A stretch of 64,000 nucleotides of DNA from Asterias rubens (Eukaryota). The position numbers and the translations under genes are program-made. The stretch is from NCBI RefSeq assembly GCF_902459465.1, contig NW_022985717.1, positions 62,001 to 126,000 of the forward strand, in the 5' to 3' direction. Under the pieces are notes generated by a model. That model had not been told where the DNA came from. It did no database searches and saw only the letters and a program-made list of their open reading frames with translations. Of the stretch, positions 39,254 through 53,529 are shown in pieces (position 1 is the stretch's first letter; each line of letters starts with the position of its first letter).

Positions 39254-42200
39254 ATGCAGCCACCGCCAAGAAAGGTAAGTTTTACTATTGTGCTTCGATG
39301 TAAGTGTGTATCATAAATCATAACTTGTCATTGTTTACATTTTTTAATGTTTTCAAAAAGTATCGTATCCACCCGTACATACATGGCTTGCCGTACAAAA
39401 CAAAAAGTATCCGTTTAAAAAAGTAAACACCTGCCTGACTGAAACTCAGCTGTGCTGAGCAGCCGAGGTTAAACGGAAGGGTACGGCGGTCAGTGCTCGG
39501 CCCCTTCCACACAGTGTGAGTAGCAGCATGTGAATGGTCAATGGGGAAATAAACATCCCTTGATCATGATGATGTAAAATGCTAAATTATATAAAAGGCC
39601 AAGGGCAAGGCGAATAATCTTTTTGTTAAGAGTAAAGAACAATTATTTTTTTGTGTGCCTTGAGTTTTGTCTGCACTTGCTATTCTGCACTCCAACCGGT
39701 CCTCCAATGCTCCAACCAATGCAATGTGTGTGTCCAGAGGAGGTTTCTGCACAGTATACATGTAATCATGTAGAGGTCCTAACTACTTGCCGTCAACTCG
39801 CCGTCAACTCAATTGTGCCGTCAACTCGCCGTCAACTCCTCCAATATACATTTTAAATCCACAAAATAATTATAGAACGGTGACGTATCAGCTAAAAGAG
39901 AATTCGCGTAAGTTTTAGGTCATATTTCGGAATCAAAAATGAGGTTTTTTTCTTGTGAAAAAATTATCTCGAAGCAGCAAAACCATCGGCCGCCATCTTG
40001 CTTTTTCGTATGGATTAGTCTTGGCCCAAGATGTCAATGATTGGCACTTTTTTTCCAACACAAAGTCGTGTTTGTGAATGAAACTTAACCGAAATCCATG
40101 AGAAATTTGTAGTGTAGCCCAGACTTAACACTTCCGTGCCCCATTTATAAATCTTTCAAGTAAATTTAATGAGTTGACGGCACGAAAGTGATTTGACGGC
40201 GAGTTGTTGGCAAGTCGGCAAGTTGACAGCAAGTAGTAGGACCGTCATGTAGGAAGATGTGGATAACTCTCCGTATCACACCACCACTTTTTCATTCATT
40301 ACAAAAAGGGATAGGCCTATCTCATTGAGGTAAATTAGATACTTTCCCTATATTATATCACATCGAAAGAAAAAGTGGTATTGTGATACAGAAACTTTTC
40401 CGAAGATGATGATGATGATGAATAATCTCTCTTTACCATTTTTCTTTTAACTAAGGTGAAACTTGGCCAAGAACTGCGAGTCACACACACTGAACAACTT
40501 TCTAATTTACATGCCAAACATCAACAGGAGTCTGACTTATTGGAAGAAATAAGGTGAGGTTTTTATTTGAAGATTTTGAAATTAAGTCTGACTTAATATT
40601 AAAGGCTCGGTCACACTAAACTAGTTCTCAAAACAGCTGGTTTGGTCAGGATGGAAAGTAATGTATCTAGGGTCGAAACGTCAGGCCATTAACATTTTTT
40701 TTGCATTTATACCCTCGGTCCATTTGGTTGGTAAGTTGTTTGCAACAGCTATTTCTATTTTCTCAGCTTTAGTTTAAGCCGGACATTCTTAGGAAATTTC
40801 TGGTAATGAGTTGGGTTTGTCTGTGACGGGATAAACATGCTACAAATGGAAAATCTCTGTATTCACGATGTATTCAAAATGAGTCTCGGCTGCACCACTT
40901 CTAGCCCGTCCCTATATTAAGTACAATCCGAGATGGCAGTTCTGTTCATAGCACATGTCCCTCTCATTCTAAGTTCGTTGCCACTCTAATTGCTTTTACA
41001 ATGTTTTATCATTTTGTTTTGGTTGCAGGGATTTCTGTAAACAAAGAGCAGCAATCGAAAAAACTTATGCACAGGTAAGTTTCTCTCATCTATTTAATAT
41101 CATTGATCAATAAGGGAAACCCTCCAGGATCCATATGCCACTGTACTAACCATTGCAACTGATGTGACCATAGAGCAAGATGTTACACACAGTCTAATGA
41201 AAAGTTGTTGCACAGCCAGGCTAGAAAAACAACCAGTGTTCCTATTGCTTATAATTGAAGCAGTCAAGCATGATTATCCTGCTGACTATAGCCATGTTCA
41301 CGCACACTGGATTAATATTTTGGGTAACTTAACCATGACGCTGGGTAAAATTCCGACGGGTTAACGTTCCCACCGTCCGCACTTGGATTTATTTGACTCG
41401 GGTAAACTTACCGAGACCATGGGTAAACTAACCGAGCTGGCTCCAGGCGTAACCTTTGACCGCACTTTTTGGTTTTCGGCTCGATCTTTCGCAAATAATA
41501 TTGTTAATCCAAACGATTCGATATCAAATTCACCGCTCCTCTTTTGTATTTTTACAACTTGGAAAACAACGCCGCCTGCCAATGAGGCATGCGCCAACAC
41601 AGAGGGCCCATTACTCGGCTAGGAATACCTTCTACACTATTTTCTGCACGGCCTGGCTCCGTTGTAATTGTGTTGTGCATAGAGACATATAGGGACCAAT
41701 AATCGGCTAGCTTTAGTACACGCGATCTAGCGGTTGTTGACTGCATTTGCCTATTAATGCTGTACAAATCAATGCATATTGAAACTTTTGATCGCAACTT
41801 CTGAACGGGTCATTTCTCGAACGTGTACGGGAAAATTATTCAGCGTTTTTCAGCTTACGAGTTGCATTCCTGATTTGTGCTACATTGAATAGTTCGATAA
41901 TCACGAAAATCTTATTCTTCCATGACAAAACATGTCAGCTTCCTCGGGTCAGGAAGATTTAACCGAGACGTCGCGTCCGCACTGGACTTTCTGGCTCGGT
42001 TAAACTGACTCGGTCAATCTTCCTAGGCACTCGATCAATCTTCCTGGGCACCTTTGGCTCGGTTAAACTAACCGCGCGGCGTGGGTAAGTTACCTGTCAG
42101 GAAAACTACCCAGGCTGTTCGCACTGGACTTAAAATGGGTAAGTTACCCATTGGCTCGGTTAGTTTGCCCAAATTAAGTCCAGTGCGAACACGGCTTAAG

Positions 42201-45200
42201 GAGCAAGCTGTTGCCTCATGGTAGCTTACCTCCACAACAACATGTAGAGCTACTGTAACCTACAGGCACATGTTTCAGATTTCTGTGATAAAGATTACAG
42301 TTGACACATGAAATGTTGACACAAAACTGTATCAAATTACATCCCTTGGAATTTCATTCCTAGAGGGGAAGCCAACTTGAGTTCTGTGCACTTCTAAGGC
42401 ATGGTAGAATGTGTAGTGGCACTGAGTCTACATGCATTTTTTGGACCACATAATAATAATAATAAAAATGCATTTATAATGCGCCATCTATCTAGTGTAC
42501 AAGACCCTATTCCGAGGCGCAGAACAAAAAACAATACATACAACAAAAAAGAAATGTAGAACATAATACAAAATTATACAATGAATAATCTACTGTCAAG
42601 ACATGTAACGAGCTAAGTGTAAGAGGATTTAAATAAATGAGTTTTAAGCAAGTTTTTAAACAATGGAAGAGAACTACAGCGCCCAAAGTTTAGGAGCACA
42701 AGCGGAAAAGGAACGATCGCCATATGATGAGGAAGTTCTAGGAATAGTTAAAAGGGACTTAGCAGAAGAACGAAGAGTGCGAGAGGGGGCATAAGGTACA
42801 AGGAGATTTGCAATATAAGACGGAGTCAAGCCAAACTGGGATTTAAATGCAATAAGTAGAATTTTGAATTGAATTCGTTGTCGAATGGGTAGCCAGTGAT
42901 GTTCCTGCAATATAGGTGTAATATGTGACCATCCACCACCAATGGGCTGTAAAGTTGACACTTTTACTGTTATGGGCTCAATGCATTTTTGGAGAGAGTG
43001 TGTAATCAGCTTCAAAATGATACCATCCACATTTAAATCAGACTTTTCTTGACGAAGTTATGATTTCTCAAGGCCACCTACTTTTTTATTCAGATTTCTC
43101 AAAGATTTCTTGAAAACCCAAACAATTTAATAGGCTCTGCAATGTACAAGTGCAACTTTACAGCCTATTGGTGGTGGATGGTCACATATGATCATGTAAC
43201 ATTTCTCAAAGACCTTTGCAACTCTAGGGAAAAATTCCTTGTTTATATTTATGCTAATAATATGCATATTGGATACATATTCATAAGGTTTAATAAAGGC
43301 CATGACCACTTTATTTTAAATAAGGCCAACGCTAGTTGCGCTTTGATTTTTTTTATGCAAAGGACGCAGACTAAATTTTGAATTATTATTATATTTAAAG
43401 TCTGACGCCCATTACCTACATTCACAACACTCTGTGTTCTCAATGAACAAGGCATTTCATTCTGCTTGGTTAAACCTTTTAAAAGGACCTTTTTATCAGA
43501 ATAACTAACTTAAATTTTGGTGAAGCAAGAATAGCTCGGGTAAAACATATGGAAAATATTTAACAAATGAAAATACAAACACACACAGCTCTGATAAACA
43601 GAGTCAACACTTGTGTTACACAAGACCAGCTAAATTGTATTTAAACAAATCCTGATGAAGGTAATATAGCCTGAAACCCATACTTCGTTTGGGGTTTGGT
43701 TTGGTATCTGATGTCCATACACTAGTCATGGAGCAATAAACTAGTAAGTTTGTTGCTCCATGATACAGTTTGTATGTGACTCACTCTTCCCATGTATTCT
43801 AGGTACCTGGGATTATGAATGCATGACTCAACCAGATTGCATTGACCTGACCTAGATTGATGAATTATTCTTTAGAAACTAAATTCTCGTTTGTGATGTA
43901 AACAAAAATAGTGAACAAATATGTACCAGTCCTCGGTCAAAAGTTCGGTACATCAAAGAAGTAATCAGAAGTGCTTGCTTTCTACCTCCATGTTTTCAGT
44001 GAGACCATAGAGCTATAGGCCTAAAAAGGTGATGTGAAGGGTTGTTAGGCCTACAACACCAGTTTGGATTATCAAACACCTGTCTGCTTGTTTTGTGTGT
44101 TTAATCCACTGAAAAACCTTTATTATTTGTACCCAAGTGTGTGTTTGTGCAGATTCAACTCAAATTTTGTGGTTTTGCCTTCTAAAATTGAAGATTTTAC
44201 TTTTTCATGACAAATGCAGACTGTACGTATAGTATGTCAATAATAAATTTGTAGTATGAATTTGAAGACTCTTGGAAAAAACTAATCATTTTAACCACTG
44301 TAGTGACATACATGTACGGTTGTACATGTACATAGTATGATCATATAGACGGTATGATCCAACCCCTTGCAGTTTCCATGCAACCAGAATGTACCCTTCA
44401 CTGGTACAAAGATCATGTATTGCCTTTAAAAGACAAGCATGTTGTATCACAGATGATGACAAAAGTTATTCCTAATCAAAATGTACATGTAAACAACAAA
44501 TACACAATCAAGTTACTGGACCTTGAAAGTTGTGAAATATGAGATTTGTGGTGAAGATTTTTTCCAAACATCAACTTTTAATTTAACTTGTTATGATGGA
44601 GGTTGGGAGGTACAGTTTGTAGTTCATATTTGACAGGTTCATTTTATTTTGGTGAAGATTTTAGTTTATTGCTGTGTATGTAAACTTACAGGCTACGGTA
44701 CATATGTACTCCCTGCACTAATGGACCGATCCGGCCTATCAATCAAACTGTGCGCGTTCACCCATTTGACCAATCATAGCAATGATTGTGGTCGGACAAA
44801 CTCGGTCATGCGTGCGTGTATGTTTGGCACGCGCGGCAGAATGTCATTGGGAGTGTTCGTACACGTGTCTTGCTCACGTGCGTGGTGGGCGGAGCTTAGT
44901 GGAAAGCCGGAACGGTCCATAACTGGTGAGAAGTGAAAAGTGCTTCACCAGACTTGTAACCAACAGTACACACTGTATTATGATTGAACTCTCACAGGTG
45001 GCTTTTTCACACACAAACCGTCAAATTCAAGGTTTAGTGATGTTCAGATGGATATGAAATTGTATTTAATCTAGGCTACACACAGTCATAGGGGCTGGTC
45101 CTTCATGGTACACTACAGTACCTTGTATTTGGCAGCAGTGGTTTGTCCATGACACATTTGTGAGGGTACAGTTTGTGTCATTCTCAGGATGTGGGGGGGG

Positions 45201-48200
45201 GGGGAGGTTACAGGTTAAAAAATTGAGGCATGTGTGACTGTACCATGGAGGAAGGAACTAGGCTGTACTAAGACAATAACTTTTGTTTATTGAATGAATG
45301 ACACATTTTTGTACCTTATAAATGTACAATGTAGTACAATATACATATAAAATGGCTAAGTGGGCATTTACTTTATTTCACGTATGGTTGGTACAGGGTT
45401 TCAGGCCTGATACTTCGCGAAGGCAACGAAGGCGTTTGCCCCCATGCCCCCTGGTCATTGCCTTGATGCCCTTGAACTGCTCCAGTTCAAATTTGCAATT
45501 TTCTCATAGGGTGTCTTTTACCAAGGAGAAAATGCCTTGGTGCCCTTGCACTGTAAAAAAAACTAAGCAAACCGGCCTGGGGTTTGCCCTTAAAGGGAAG
45601 GTACACGTTTGGTAATTAGTCAAAACCAGTATTAACTTAAAAACTGACTTGGTAACAAGCATTGGAGAGCTGTTGATAAACTTTTTGAGAAACAGCTCCC
45701 TCTGAAGTAGCATAGATTTTGAAATAGGGGTAATTTCTCACTTAAATAATAAAAGACTTTATAGCTAGAAGTCTTTTATTTCTATCTGAAAGCACACAAA
45801 TTTGTCCAACAAGGGTGTTTTTTCTTTCATCATTTTCTCCCAACTCCGATGACCAATTGAGCTCAAATTTTCACAGGTTTGTTATGTTATGCATGTGTTG
45901 AGATACACCAAGTGAGAACACTGGTCTTTGACAATTACCAATAGTGTACCTTCCCTTTAACTTTTCCAGCAACTAGCCAGCAAGTCCAGCTAGCTTCTCA
46001 TGTATAGCTGGGCCGCCAGGCTTTTCACTGGTCTGTTAAAATGTCAACATCTAGCATGGGACTTCATCAAGGGTTGTTGTCCTTAATTTATTTAAAGGCA
46101 GTGGACACGACACTGTTGGTAACTGTCAAAGACTAGCCTTCACAGTTGGTGTATCTCAACATATGCCTAAACTAACAAACCTGTGAAAATTTGAGCTCAA
46201 TCGGTCATCGAACTTGCGAGATAATAATGAAAGAAAAAAATACCCTTGTCACACGAAGTTGTGTGCGTTTGGACAGTTGATTTCAAGACCTCAAGTTCTA
46301 AACTTGAGGTCTCGAAATCAAATTTGTGGAAAATTACTTCTTTCTCGAAAACTATGGCACTTCAGAGGGAGTCGTTTCTCACAATGTTTTATACCATCAA
46401 CCTCTCCCACTGCCTTTAATAGTCACAACTATGGCACTAGTCGCCCAGTATTCAAGACTAAAACAATGGAGCTTTATGCAGAACAAGAGATGTTAAAGCA
46501 GATTCTTCTCAAGTAGTCATCTTTTAAAACGTATGTTTAAAGGGTCTATGTATTTTTCTTTTGTAGGACAAAAAACACAATGTCCACAGATTTACACTAA
46601 ACTTACACAGTTTGAAGATAATGATAGTAGAAAGCTTCCCTGAAAATATTACGTGCTGAGGTGCTATACATGTAGTTTTTGGGAAATGAGTAAAACAATG
46701 TCATGAAAATAATTTTTGTCTCATGAGACGAAAATGATAGTAATATAATAATTTACAAACGTATTTTCATGACATTGTTTTACTCATTTCTCAAAAACTA
46801 CAGCACCTCAGTGAGTAAAATTTGAAGGGAAGCTTTCCACTATCATTATCTTCAAACCCTGTAAGTTTAATGTAAATCTATGGACATTTTGAAAAAGTAC
46901 CCAAATCCTTTAAAATGTCAAGCGCAGGCTGAGTTCCCTATATGAAATTTAGGCTCAGGGCTTGGACTTTGGAGTGTGGTTTTGTTATCAACATCAAACC
47001 ATTCCAGGTACCTATACTGTTTAGACAAATTTATTGACCTTGCAATGATTACATTATTTGGGAGTGTTATCAAGTCCCTATGAAGTACCCTTTAAATTCC
47101 TGCCCACCCAGTAAAATAGGGGGGTCTACTCATCCTCTCAACCTCCCAATCTGATGAAGTACATGAAGCTGTTATTGCAATGATGCATTTTTCAAATGTG
47201 ATTTTTAAACGCTAGTACAGTACCATGTACAGGGCCTTGTTTTATCTACATATTTTAGACTAACACGAGTATCTCTGTCCTTTATCCTATCGTCTTCTCA
47301 CAAGTAAATTGACATACACGTGTTGTACTATAATGATGCGCACACGATACGAATGGTAGTAGTCAAAATCCAGTCTTCTCACTTTGTGTATCTCAACATG
47401 TACATGGAATCACAAACCTGTGAAAATTTGAGCTTGATTGGTCATCGGAGTTGCGAGATAACTATGAAAGAAAAAAAACACCCTTGTCACACAAAGTTGT
47501 GTACTTTCAGATGCTTGATTTCAAGACCTCAAGTCTAGAACTTGAGGTCTCGAAATCAAATTCGTGGAAAATTACTTCTTTCTCAAAAACTACACCACTT
47601 CAGAGGGAGCCGTTTCTTGCAAGGTTTTGTACTATCGACCTCTCCCTATTACTAGTTACCCATTCAGGTTTTATGCTAATAATTATTTTGAGTATTTACC
47701 AATAGTGTCCATTGCCTTTTAATTCTCCCTGATATTCATGTACTGTAGTAGCCTTAGAAGCACAAATAGCATTAGAACTTAGATACGATCTATTTTAGAT
47801 ACAGTACAATGGGGCTAGAGCTCCGGCATGTTAATCTGGAGGTCGTCAGTGGCTCAGGTCCTGCAGTAGTCAAAGTTTTGGGCCATTTATTTGTCTGCAA
47901 TTATCCCAATTCCATTTTAATACAAGGATTGTGTTTGCTAGATACGCACCTTGGTGCATCACAATATAAAAGGCTAATACATGTACATGGGGTACCTTTA
48001 TTATGTAATGTAGGTCAGCTGAGTATTTGTAATTTAGGGATCTTTAGAATGAATAAATGTTGACAGTCCTTGTAGTTCTTGGCAGTTCACTGCTTTAGCC
48101 TGTGTTATGCCTTTTGCCTTAAAGGCAGTGGACACTATTGGTAATTACTCAAAATAATTATTGGCATAAAACCTTTATTGGTGACGAGTAATGGGGAGAG

Positions 48201-51200
48201 GTTGGTGGTATAAAACATTGTGAGAAACGGCTCCCTCTGAAGTGCCATAGTTTTCGAGAAAGAAGTAATTTTCCACGAATTTGATTTCGAGACCTCAGAT
48301 TTAGAACTTGAGGTCTCGAAATCAAACATCTTAATGCACACAACTTTGGGTGACAAGGGTTTTTTCTTCTTTCATTATTATCTTGCAACTTTGATGACCG
48401 ATTGAGCTCAAATTTTCACAGGTTTGTTATTTTATGCATATGTTGAGATACACCAACTGTGAAGGCAAGTCTTTGACAATTACCAATAGTGTCCACTGCC
48501 TTTAAACTAAAGTAGCCATTTCATACTGCAGTACCCCATGACCATTTTGTGAAATATTTTCTGATGTATGCGATACTGTTTTCATCAATCAATCAGTTCA
48601 ATATTCTTCCTACTTTAGTCTGATTTCTGATTTGTTTGCACTTGACTTGGGAAAAACCAGAATTTTTTTATATTTTTTTTCAAATGGCCAGATATCATGT
48701 CTGCATCAAGGAGAAAGCATGTAAGGTTACTTGGTCTAAATTGTTTTTTTTTTATTTACAGAAAGCTCAGCTGGGATTAGTAAGAATGAAAGAGGATTTT
48801 TCCTCTTACCTTACAACCGTGTTCTTTTCTTTATCAATTTTGTTCAAGGCAGAATGAGATTATCTTAGAATACTTTCAAAGTGGTTCAGATAACGGTAAC
48901 GATAACCACAACAAACTAAAGCCTTCAGAGTATGTGTGGAGATCTAGATCAGTTAAAATGTCTCCAGATTTTTTCTGTATGAGTTCCAGGACTTCTCTTC
49001 ATAGCATTGTAAACTCCAAATTTGTATGACGACAGAATGCTTTTTGGAGTAAGTGGCCTAGAATATACATGTTGTATCAGCGCTAAAACTTGTTGCACGT
49101 TTTTTTTCATGCAATGCAAGGTACAATGTATGTAGAGCTCTGTTTTTGAAGTACACATGAGAGCTTTAGCCAATCAAACCATGAACACCGGGACGAACCC
49201 CTTTCCTTTATGATAAGTGCACTAGGTTGAATTTTACATGCATTCTACACATCACACAGGACCAAGGGCTTTACATACAAATGTCCCATCTAAAGGATGT
49301 ACACACTATTTAGCAATTAGGCTAATGGTTTAAAATGTCTCGCTGAAGGACAAAAATGTCACGACTGGGACTCGATCCCACTTTATGCTGCTCAGAATCA
49401 CCAGGGCCCCATTTCATAGAGCTGCTAACAGGGCTGTATGCTTCGTTTTTGAAAGGGCAAGGGCACCAAGGCATTTTCTCTTTGACAAAGGGCACCCTAT
49501 GAGGAAATTGTAAATTTCTATTGGAGCATTTCAAGGGCACCAAGGCAATGACAAGGGGCAACGGAGGCAATCGCCTCCGTTGCCTCCGTGAAGTATCAGG
49601 CCTGTGCTAAACGGTAAGCAATTTTATTTGCTTGACGTTGCATTGCAATAAAAAAATTGCCTTTTATAAACCTATTTCACTCTGAAGTAACGTAGTTTTC
49701 AAACAAGAAGTAAAGAGGAAACATACACATCTGCCTGCTAGAGACAAAACAGGAAGGACTCTGCTGTAGTCATCAAATTCTCCTGACATTTATTTTAAGA
49801 TGAAGGAAGGAGCAAAAAGGCTGTGCTCTCCAAAAGGAGGGCAATTTAATTTGTCACCATGGTTTTAAAATAAAATGCTCTTTACAGAGTGTAGGCGAGG
49901 TGATGTGTCAGAGGCCGGTGGTGACATGTTGGTAATGAATAACCTACGGATGCTTGTAAAGGGATAAGATTAGATAGATAGTGTTAAAGGAACGTTGAAG
50001 AATTTGAACGATTCTTTTTTTTTTTTAATCACAGATTTACATAAAACGGACAGGGTCTAATGATGATGATAGTAGAAAACATTCATTGAAATATTTCTGT
50101 ATAAAATGTAATAATTGATGAGAAATAAAAAATCTCATTTCGCGTTTGGAGTTAGTCTTTAGATATTGGGAGTTTTATCCTTTTTTTTTGCATCGATGTC
50201 ATGCAAAATGTGTTATAAGTTTTCCACTACTTTCTTGTGACCCAGATTGTGTTAAAGTGGGATAAGAGGACATACTCTAGGGTCTTGTGTTTGTTTTTCC
50301 AAATCCTTCAATACCCTCATTGCCTTAGTGCAGGATTCTGAGGGCTTTGAGCAAAAAAACAACAACAACAACAACAAAGAAAAAACACAAACACTATAAT
50401 TGATCAAAACATATTAAACGTGTAAACCAGGGACCCCAGTGCCAGAGCACCTAAAGTAAATCACAAATTTGACTCCAGCACTTCTGTCATAAAAGGATTT
50501 AGACCGATTTGGGCTAATACATTGTAGGCATTTACAAAAGTAGTTCAGGGTGTAGAAGGATTTGGGCACTTTAGGTTTAAAATGACAATTTTAATTGAAG
50601 GATATAAAAGGATTTGGGCAGTATGTTTACCCATAGAGCAATTTACCTAAGGGTCTCGTCTGTTGGGGTAAATAATTGTTAAAGCATAAAGGTACAAATG
50701 TAGGTGTTGGTTGGAGATTAGATTTTGGTAGCGTACATGTACAAGTTTATTTATCAAGGCACAATTAAATGCATTCAAATAAATTTAAAACATTTTCCTT
50801 TATATGTGCATGTTGTTGCTTTACAATGATTGATTGAAAAAAGATTCAACTAGAGAATTGATGGAGTTTGTTTGTGATTATGTGATGCATTCCTACGAAG
50901 ACTGCTGGATTGATAAAGTATCGGGTATGGCAAGTTCAAGTATGTACAGTGCATGAACTCTCTGAGCATGAAAGAATGTTTACATTATGTCAGTCGTCTG
51001 ACATTAACATTTTGGTCTTCTTGAAGTACAGTAAGCAAGTAAAATTTGACATCAAATATTTTGTTAGTTATATCGTTCAGGCAACACATTTTGTATCAGA
51101 TATTAATTGATATTTAAATTGATTTGTTGTCCAATACAAAAATAAAAATGGCAAATTTACTGGTTTAAACATGATAAAAGCTTCAAAACAAAACGCTAAA

Positions 51201-52395
51201 AAATACAGTTATAACGATAAAACTAGATTTACACAATCTAATTTTACAGCTAGAAAAAGAAGTCGTATTAACTATTTTAAAAAAACAAACAAAAATACAG
51301 ATAAATGCCATTGATGGTCCTGTATTGGCAGGCTACAGCTACAACTACAGCTTTTGTTAAGGGTGTAGCTAAGAATGTGCTAAATTTCAAATACTAATAA
51401 ATTGGTAATCCAGCCTTAGTGAGAGCTGTACATAGCTGACGATTCAGACATGACCTTAGAGCATTATTGACACCTCTTCTGGGAGAGTCTTTTGATGGCT
51501 TATCTTGATGTTAAAAGTCTTTTTTGCATTTTCTCTGACCCCTTTTACTGTAATTTCATGATCTGTCAATTTACATAACATAAAACATAACGTAATTAAC
51601 AATTAAAATTTACAAGTCGCTCTTCCATCAAGATCGATAGCGCTTAAATTGTAGTTGCTGGGTAAATACAGTAAAAAAATGCTGCATACAAATACTATAC
51701 TTTCGTTGAGAGTTTAATTGCAATTGTATTCAGTGTCGGGATTTACATACAGGTCTCATATCGGGTTGATAACTGAATATTCTCTATCCACAGTGTAAAC
51801 CAAGTTGACAAACAGAAAGAGTTAATCAATAGTATTCTAGAAAGGATAATTTGTGGTTTACACAGGAAGGTGTTATTGATTGGTTTTATCAAAGCAGTTG
51901 GTTCCTGGTTGTGTTTATAGGTTGTGGAAACAAAACAACATTGATAGTTTTTAGAAAGTGGGGTGTTTTAATACCCTTGAAAATCATTAATTATGTGATA
52001 ATTTGAAAGAGTTGCCCTATTTTCCGTAACAGGCTAGGACAGCTTTTTTGTGTGTGACAATACTTTACTAGTGTATTTTCACACTTGGCTTGCCCTGCTG
52101 TTACATGGAAATAGGTGGCAATTCTAAAAGAAAACCGAAAGGCCTCTAAATGTTTTGTAGTTTTCTATTACTCATGTACTGTGTTAGCATTCTAGTGTAG
52201 CCTACAGTTATGTACATTGTTTGCCCATTTTATGGATAAAAGTTTTGCAATAAAGCCTTGCCATTAAATTTGTTTATTTATTGTCCTTTCTGTTGTATTC
52301 TTTGCGCAGTCTCTTCAGAAACTTGCTACACAATTTCAGCAGAAGCGAGATTTCCCAGGACCGATTGAGGACCAGTCAGGAAATGCACAACAAAG
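39254..52395 (+). CDS. FCHSD2: F-BAR and double SH3 domains protein, first four coding exons (39254-39274, 40456-40553, 41029-41074, 52310-52395); 3'-incomplete
   Basis: MQPPPRK|VKLGQELRVTHTEQLSNLHAKHQQESDLLEEIR|DFCKQRAAIEKTYAQ|SLQKLATQFQQKRDFPG...QR matches the FCHSD1/2 N-terminus (MQPPPRK|VK..QEL...Q..KHQ.E.DLLE). GT-AG with consistent phases. The next exon was not found before 64000. Confidence 0.9.
39774..40244. mobile_element. hAT-type MITE with perfect 8-bp TSD and GCCGTCAACT subterminal repeats
   Basis: TCATGTAG at 39766-39773 and 40245-40252; TIR (A/C)GGTCCTA(A)CTACTTGC. Confidence 0.75.
40261..40401. mobile_element. MITE of the 7451-7582 family, reverse orientation
   Basis: GGATAACTCTCCGTATC...GATACAGAAACTTTTCC, flanked by GAAGATGT/GAAGATGA. 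Confidence 0.62.
42451..42930 (-). mobile_element. 5'-truncated L2/CR1-group LINE 3' end
   Basis: SHITPILQEHHWLPIRQRIQFKILLIAFK...PSYIANLL..Y.PSRTLRSS..LL.IPRT...GDRSFSACAPKLW is the typical post-RT C-terminus; (TTA)n tail at 42451-42465. Confidence 0.88.
44722..44919. mobile_element. PIF/Harbinger-type MITE with TAA TSD
   Basis: TAA|TGGACCGATCCGGC ... GCCGGAACGGTCCA|TAA. Confidence 0.68.
45594..45956. mobile_element. Kolobok-type MITE (AGGGAAGGTACAC variant)
   Basis: TTAA|AGGGAAGGTACAC...GTGTACCTTCCCT|TTAA. Confidence 0.75.
46096..46415. mobile_element. Kolobok-type family A MITE with internal deletion
   Basis: TTAA on both sides; the right part jumps from CCTCTCCC to CACTGCCT. Confidence 0.68.
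46541..46909. mobile_element. Kolobok-type family B MITE
   Basis: TTAA|AGGGTCTATGTA...AAGTACCCAAATCCT|TTAA. Confidence 0.68.
48123..48501. mobile_element. Kolobok-type family A MITE, best-preserved copy
   Basis: TTAA|AGGCAGTGGACACTATTGGTAATT...AATTACCAATAGTGTCCACTGCCT|TTAA: perfect 24-bp TIR. Confidence 0.82.
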
Positions 52396-52774
52396 GTAAG
52401 AGCCAACAGAATACAAAATAATTCTCTAAATGAATATTGTTCTGTTACAATCATTATAGACGGTCTGTTAAATGTTAAGTTGTTTTTAACCTCATTTTTA
52501 AATCACTCCATTTTTATAGCAATATAACTATAACATAGGATTCGAACTGCCGCTAGCCCCCGGGCAATCTCGGTGGTCTAGTTGGTACATGTATGACACT
52601 TCTCTGGAATCGCAAAGGTTGTGGGTTTAAATCCCACTCGATTAATATGCCTGTGATTTTGTTTTACACAACTCGGGTAAGTACTGAGTATTCAGTGCTA
52701 TTACACGTTGGTGTATATGGGTAAAAACCAAAATGAATATTCTTTATCCCCGATGAAAATTTAACATCTATTAA

Positions 52775-53146
52775 AGGCAGTGGACACTATTGGTAATTAC
52801 TCAAAATTATAAATAGTTCAACCTTACTTGGTAATGAGTATGGGGAGCTGTTGATAGTATAAAACATTGTGAGAAACGGCTCCCTCTGAAGTAAAGTAGT
52901 TTTCCAGAAAGAAGTAGTATTCCACGATTTTGATTTCGAGACCTCAGATTTAGATTTTGAGGTCTCGAAATCAAGCATCTCAAAGCACACAACTTCGTGT
53001 GACGGGGTGTTTTTCTCTTTTGTTATTATCTCGCAACTTCGACGACCGATTGAGCTCAAATTTTCACAGGTTTGTTATTTAATGTTGAGATGAACACCAA
53101 GTGAGAAAAATGGTCTTCGTTAAGTTACCAATAGTGTTCAGTGTCT
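52775..53146. mobile_element. Kolobok-type family A MITE
   Basis: TTAA on both sides, inserted directly after a SINE tail (SINE ~52553-52770). Confidence 0.7.
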
Positions 53147-53529
53147 TTAAATTAACACTTGAGTATGTTGTTCTCCCCCAAACACCTCTAGACATTTTCA
53201 CAAGTTACTGTCTGATTCAATTTATCCCTCAGAAGGATTCGAATAAATGTAATGTTCAACAATTTAACAAACATTTCCAAGCGATTCTTGGAATTTATCT
53301 TGATAGTCTTAGATGGTTTTGTCAGGATCACTTCACCCTTCTTAGTGGAATACATCACATCATGTTATGGTGCCCTTTCAATTCAGGCTTTAAAACAAGA
53401 CATTATTAGGAGACGTTGTTATCACGCAGGCTTCTCGCCCACTAGCAATTTCCAATAATAACTCTTCACCATGTACTTTGAGCACTTTAGAGTGCAGTCA
53501 CTTTTAGACAGATTTGCTGAAGGAATGGA

